Source: a virus (lineage: Duplodnaviria; Heunggongvirae; Uroviricota; Caudoviricetes). Taken from it: DNA of 64,000 bases. The number at the start of each line of letters is the position of its first letter. Position 1 is the stretch's first letter. The position numbers and the translations under genes were made by a program. The stretch lies in the IMG/VR virus record IMGVR_UViG_3300005544_000021, one strand, 5' to 3'. Shown here in pieces: positions 62,852-64,000 of the stretch. The notes below the pieces were generated by a model. It did no database searches. It had not been told where the DNA came from and worked only from the letters and a program-made list of their open reading frames with translations.

Positions 62852-64000
62852 TTATGCGGCCTTCTTCGTTGATGATTTGTTATTATTTAGGGGTTTTTGA
62901 CTTTGATCTGTCATCGGGGCTTGAACTGATAAACCTTGTGGACCCCCTTGTTGATCCATTCCGGGTTCTCCCTCCATACCCATAGCTTGTCCTTCAGGCA
63001 TACCCAAAGGAGCCTGATATAATGGATTTTGCAATTCTTCCATAACTTGCTCGTCCATATTCTCAATATCCTCATCGGTTTGTTTTAGGATATTCTTTCT
63101 CACCCATTCATTAGAGAAATACCGCCCAACATAGGGAGCAATTAATTGGAGAGTTGTTAGCCGACCATTAATAACTTCTCGCTCTTTTAATTCGGCAAAG
63201 ATATTATTTCTGGCATAGGTAAATTTGATCTTATAAGAAATAGCATCCCATTCGGTAGGTAATAGAATACCTTTTAAGATAAGCTGTTTCTTCAGGGCTT
63301 CTAGAAATAAGTTATTGAAACGTAAGCGAATATTGTCAATGAACATTCCGAAGTTGATTTCATCTCGGGATATTTCCCCAGCATTCATACCCTGGAACAT
63401 AGATTCGGGGTGGGTGCGAGAAAAAGGAACATTCAAGGCATCATATAATCTTTGTTTGAAGAACTCCACTTCATCAATAACTCCCGAAGAATCTCCCCCC
63501 GGAAGAGTATCAACTTCCGTGCCACCACTTTCCCGTCTGGCTAACCAAAAATCTTCAAGCATCGTCATCATTTTACGATTATCTTGAATCTCTCCAGTCT
63601 CGGCATTATAAACCAAGCGATTCTTGAACTTGGTCATTAATTGCTGAATATATTGCTCGGCCTTAATTCGGGGTAAATTTCCGGTGTCAATATAAAAAAC
63701 TCGTCTTTCGGGTGCCCGAGCCAACCGATAAATGATGGCTGCGTCTTCCAAGGCTCGTAGCTGATTTAGGGGTTTGATCGCCTTATGAAGATGGGATAAA
63801 ACCATCGTTCCTGTTTCGTTGGTGATTCCACTCGTAACATACAGAATGGAATCCTTGGCAATTTTTAATCCTGTCGTGGGGGAAGAATATTGAAACGAGG
63901 GGTTTGCATTAGAAACAAAGCCTCGGGGATTAAAAATGAAATATTCATTCTTAACTTGTGTAACCATTTCCAATCCCGGAACTTTAGATAAAGTCGGATC
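62852..64000 (-). CDS. 20: portal protein (T4 gp20 homolog), C-terminal part; gene continues past the window end
   Basis: Reading frame open through position 64000; RLARAPERRVFYIDTGNLP...KAEQYIQQLM...LEDFWLARRESGGTEVDTLPGG resembles conserved gp20 segments. Confidence 0.6.
   Translation of the reverse strand, partial: DPTLSKVPGLEMVTQVKNEYFIFNPRGFVSNANPSFQYSSPTTGLKIAKDSILYVTSGITNETGTMVLSHLHKAIKPLNQLRALEDAAIIYRLARAPERRVFYIDTGNLPRIKAEQYIQQLMTKFKNRLVYNAETGEIQDNRKMMTMLEDFWLARRESGGTEVDTLPGGDSSGVIDEVEFFKQRLYDALNVPFSRTHPESMFQGMNAGEISRDEINFGMFIDNIRLRFNNLFLEALKKQLILKGILLPTEWDAISYKIKFTYARNNIFAELKEREVINGRLTTLQLIAPYVGRYFSNEWVRKNILKQTDEDIENMDEQVMEELQNPLYQAPLGMPEGQAMGMEGEPGMDQQGGPQGLSVQAPMTDQSQKPLNNNKSSTKKAA

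Noticed and set aside
62137-62872. Plus-strand ORFs 62137..62349, 62298..62570, 62639..62872
   Set aside because: Antisense to the acidic protein gene; Ser/Phe-rich artefactual translations of the complementary strand of GAA/GAT-rich coding sequence.
1-64000. Possibility that GC-rich segments mark a prophage/host junction
   Set aside because: T4-like core genes occur on both sides of every GC-rich segment, and no integrase, att-like repeats or bacterial housekeeping genes are seen; the islands are interpreted as horizontally acquired inserts within a lytic phage genome.

Overview
The window is a contiguous 64-kb stretch of a T4-like (Tevenvirinae-type) myovirus genome. It is AT-rich with short GC-richer islands. 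No rRNA, integrase or CRISPR array was seen. Most genes run on the minus strand. Recognisable T4 core genes by motif: gp41 helicase, uvsX, gp43 DNA polymerase, regA, gp62/gp44 clamp loader, gp45 clamp, gp46/gp47 nuclease, gp55 late sigma, uvsW, uvsY, gp20 portal (partial), gp21 protease, gp22 scaffold, gp23 capsid. Marine-phage-style auxiliary genes are present: peptide deformylase, S-adenosylmethionine decarboxylase, dCMP deaminase, and possibly a MazG-like gene. Three tRNAs are predicted: Trp, Met and His. Accessory islands, several on the plus strand with sigma70-like promoters and bidirectional terminators, lie between the core genes. They hold a UvrD-like helicase with an H-NS-like protein, and a papain-like C1 peptidase inside the head-morphogenesis module. 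A GC-rich cassette of secreted protein plus a small MSKNIF-family protein is present twice. Other accessory genes are a His/Gly-repeat secreted protein, a vWA-MIDAS protein, an SPFH protein, an Rnl2-like RNA ligase and a DUF2829 (Tad2 anti-Thoeris family) candidate. Also present are two Tat-signal proteins, a J-domain protein, two GT-A glycosyltransferase-like proteins with an FkbM methyltransferase, a free-standing HNH endonuclease and several paralogous small-gene families. All functional calls are from motifs read by eye in the six-frame translations; no database search was run.
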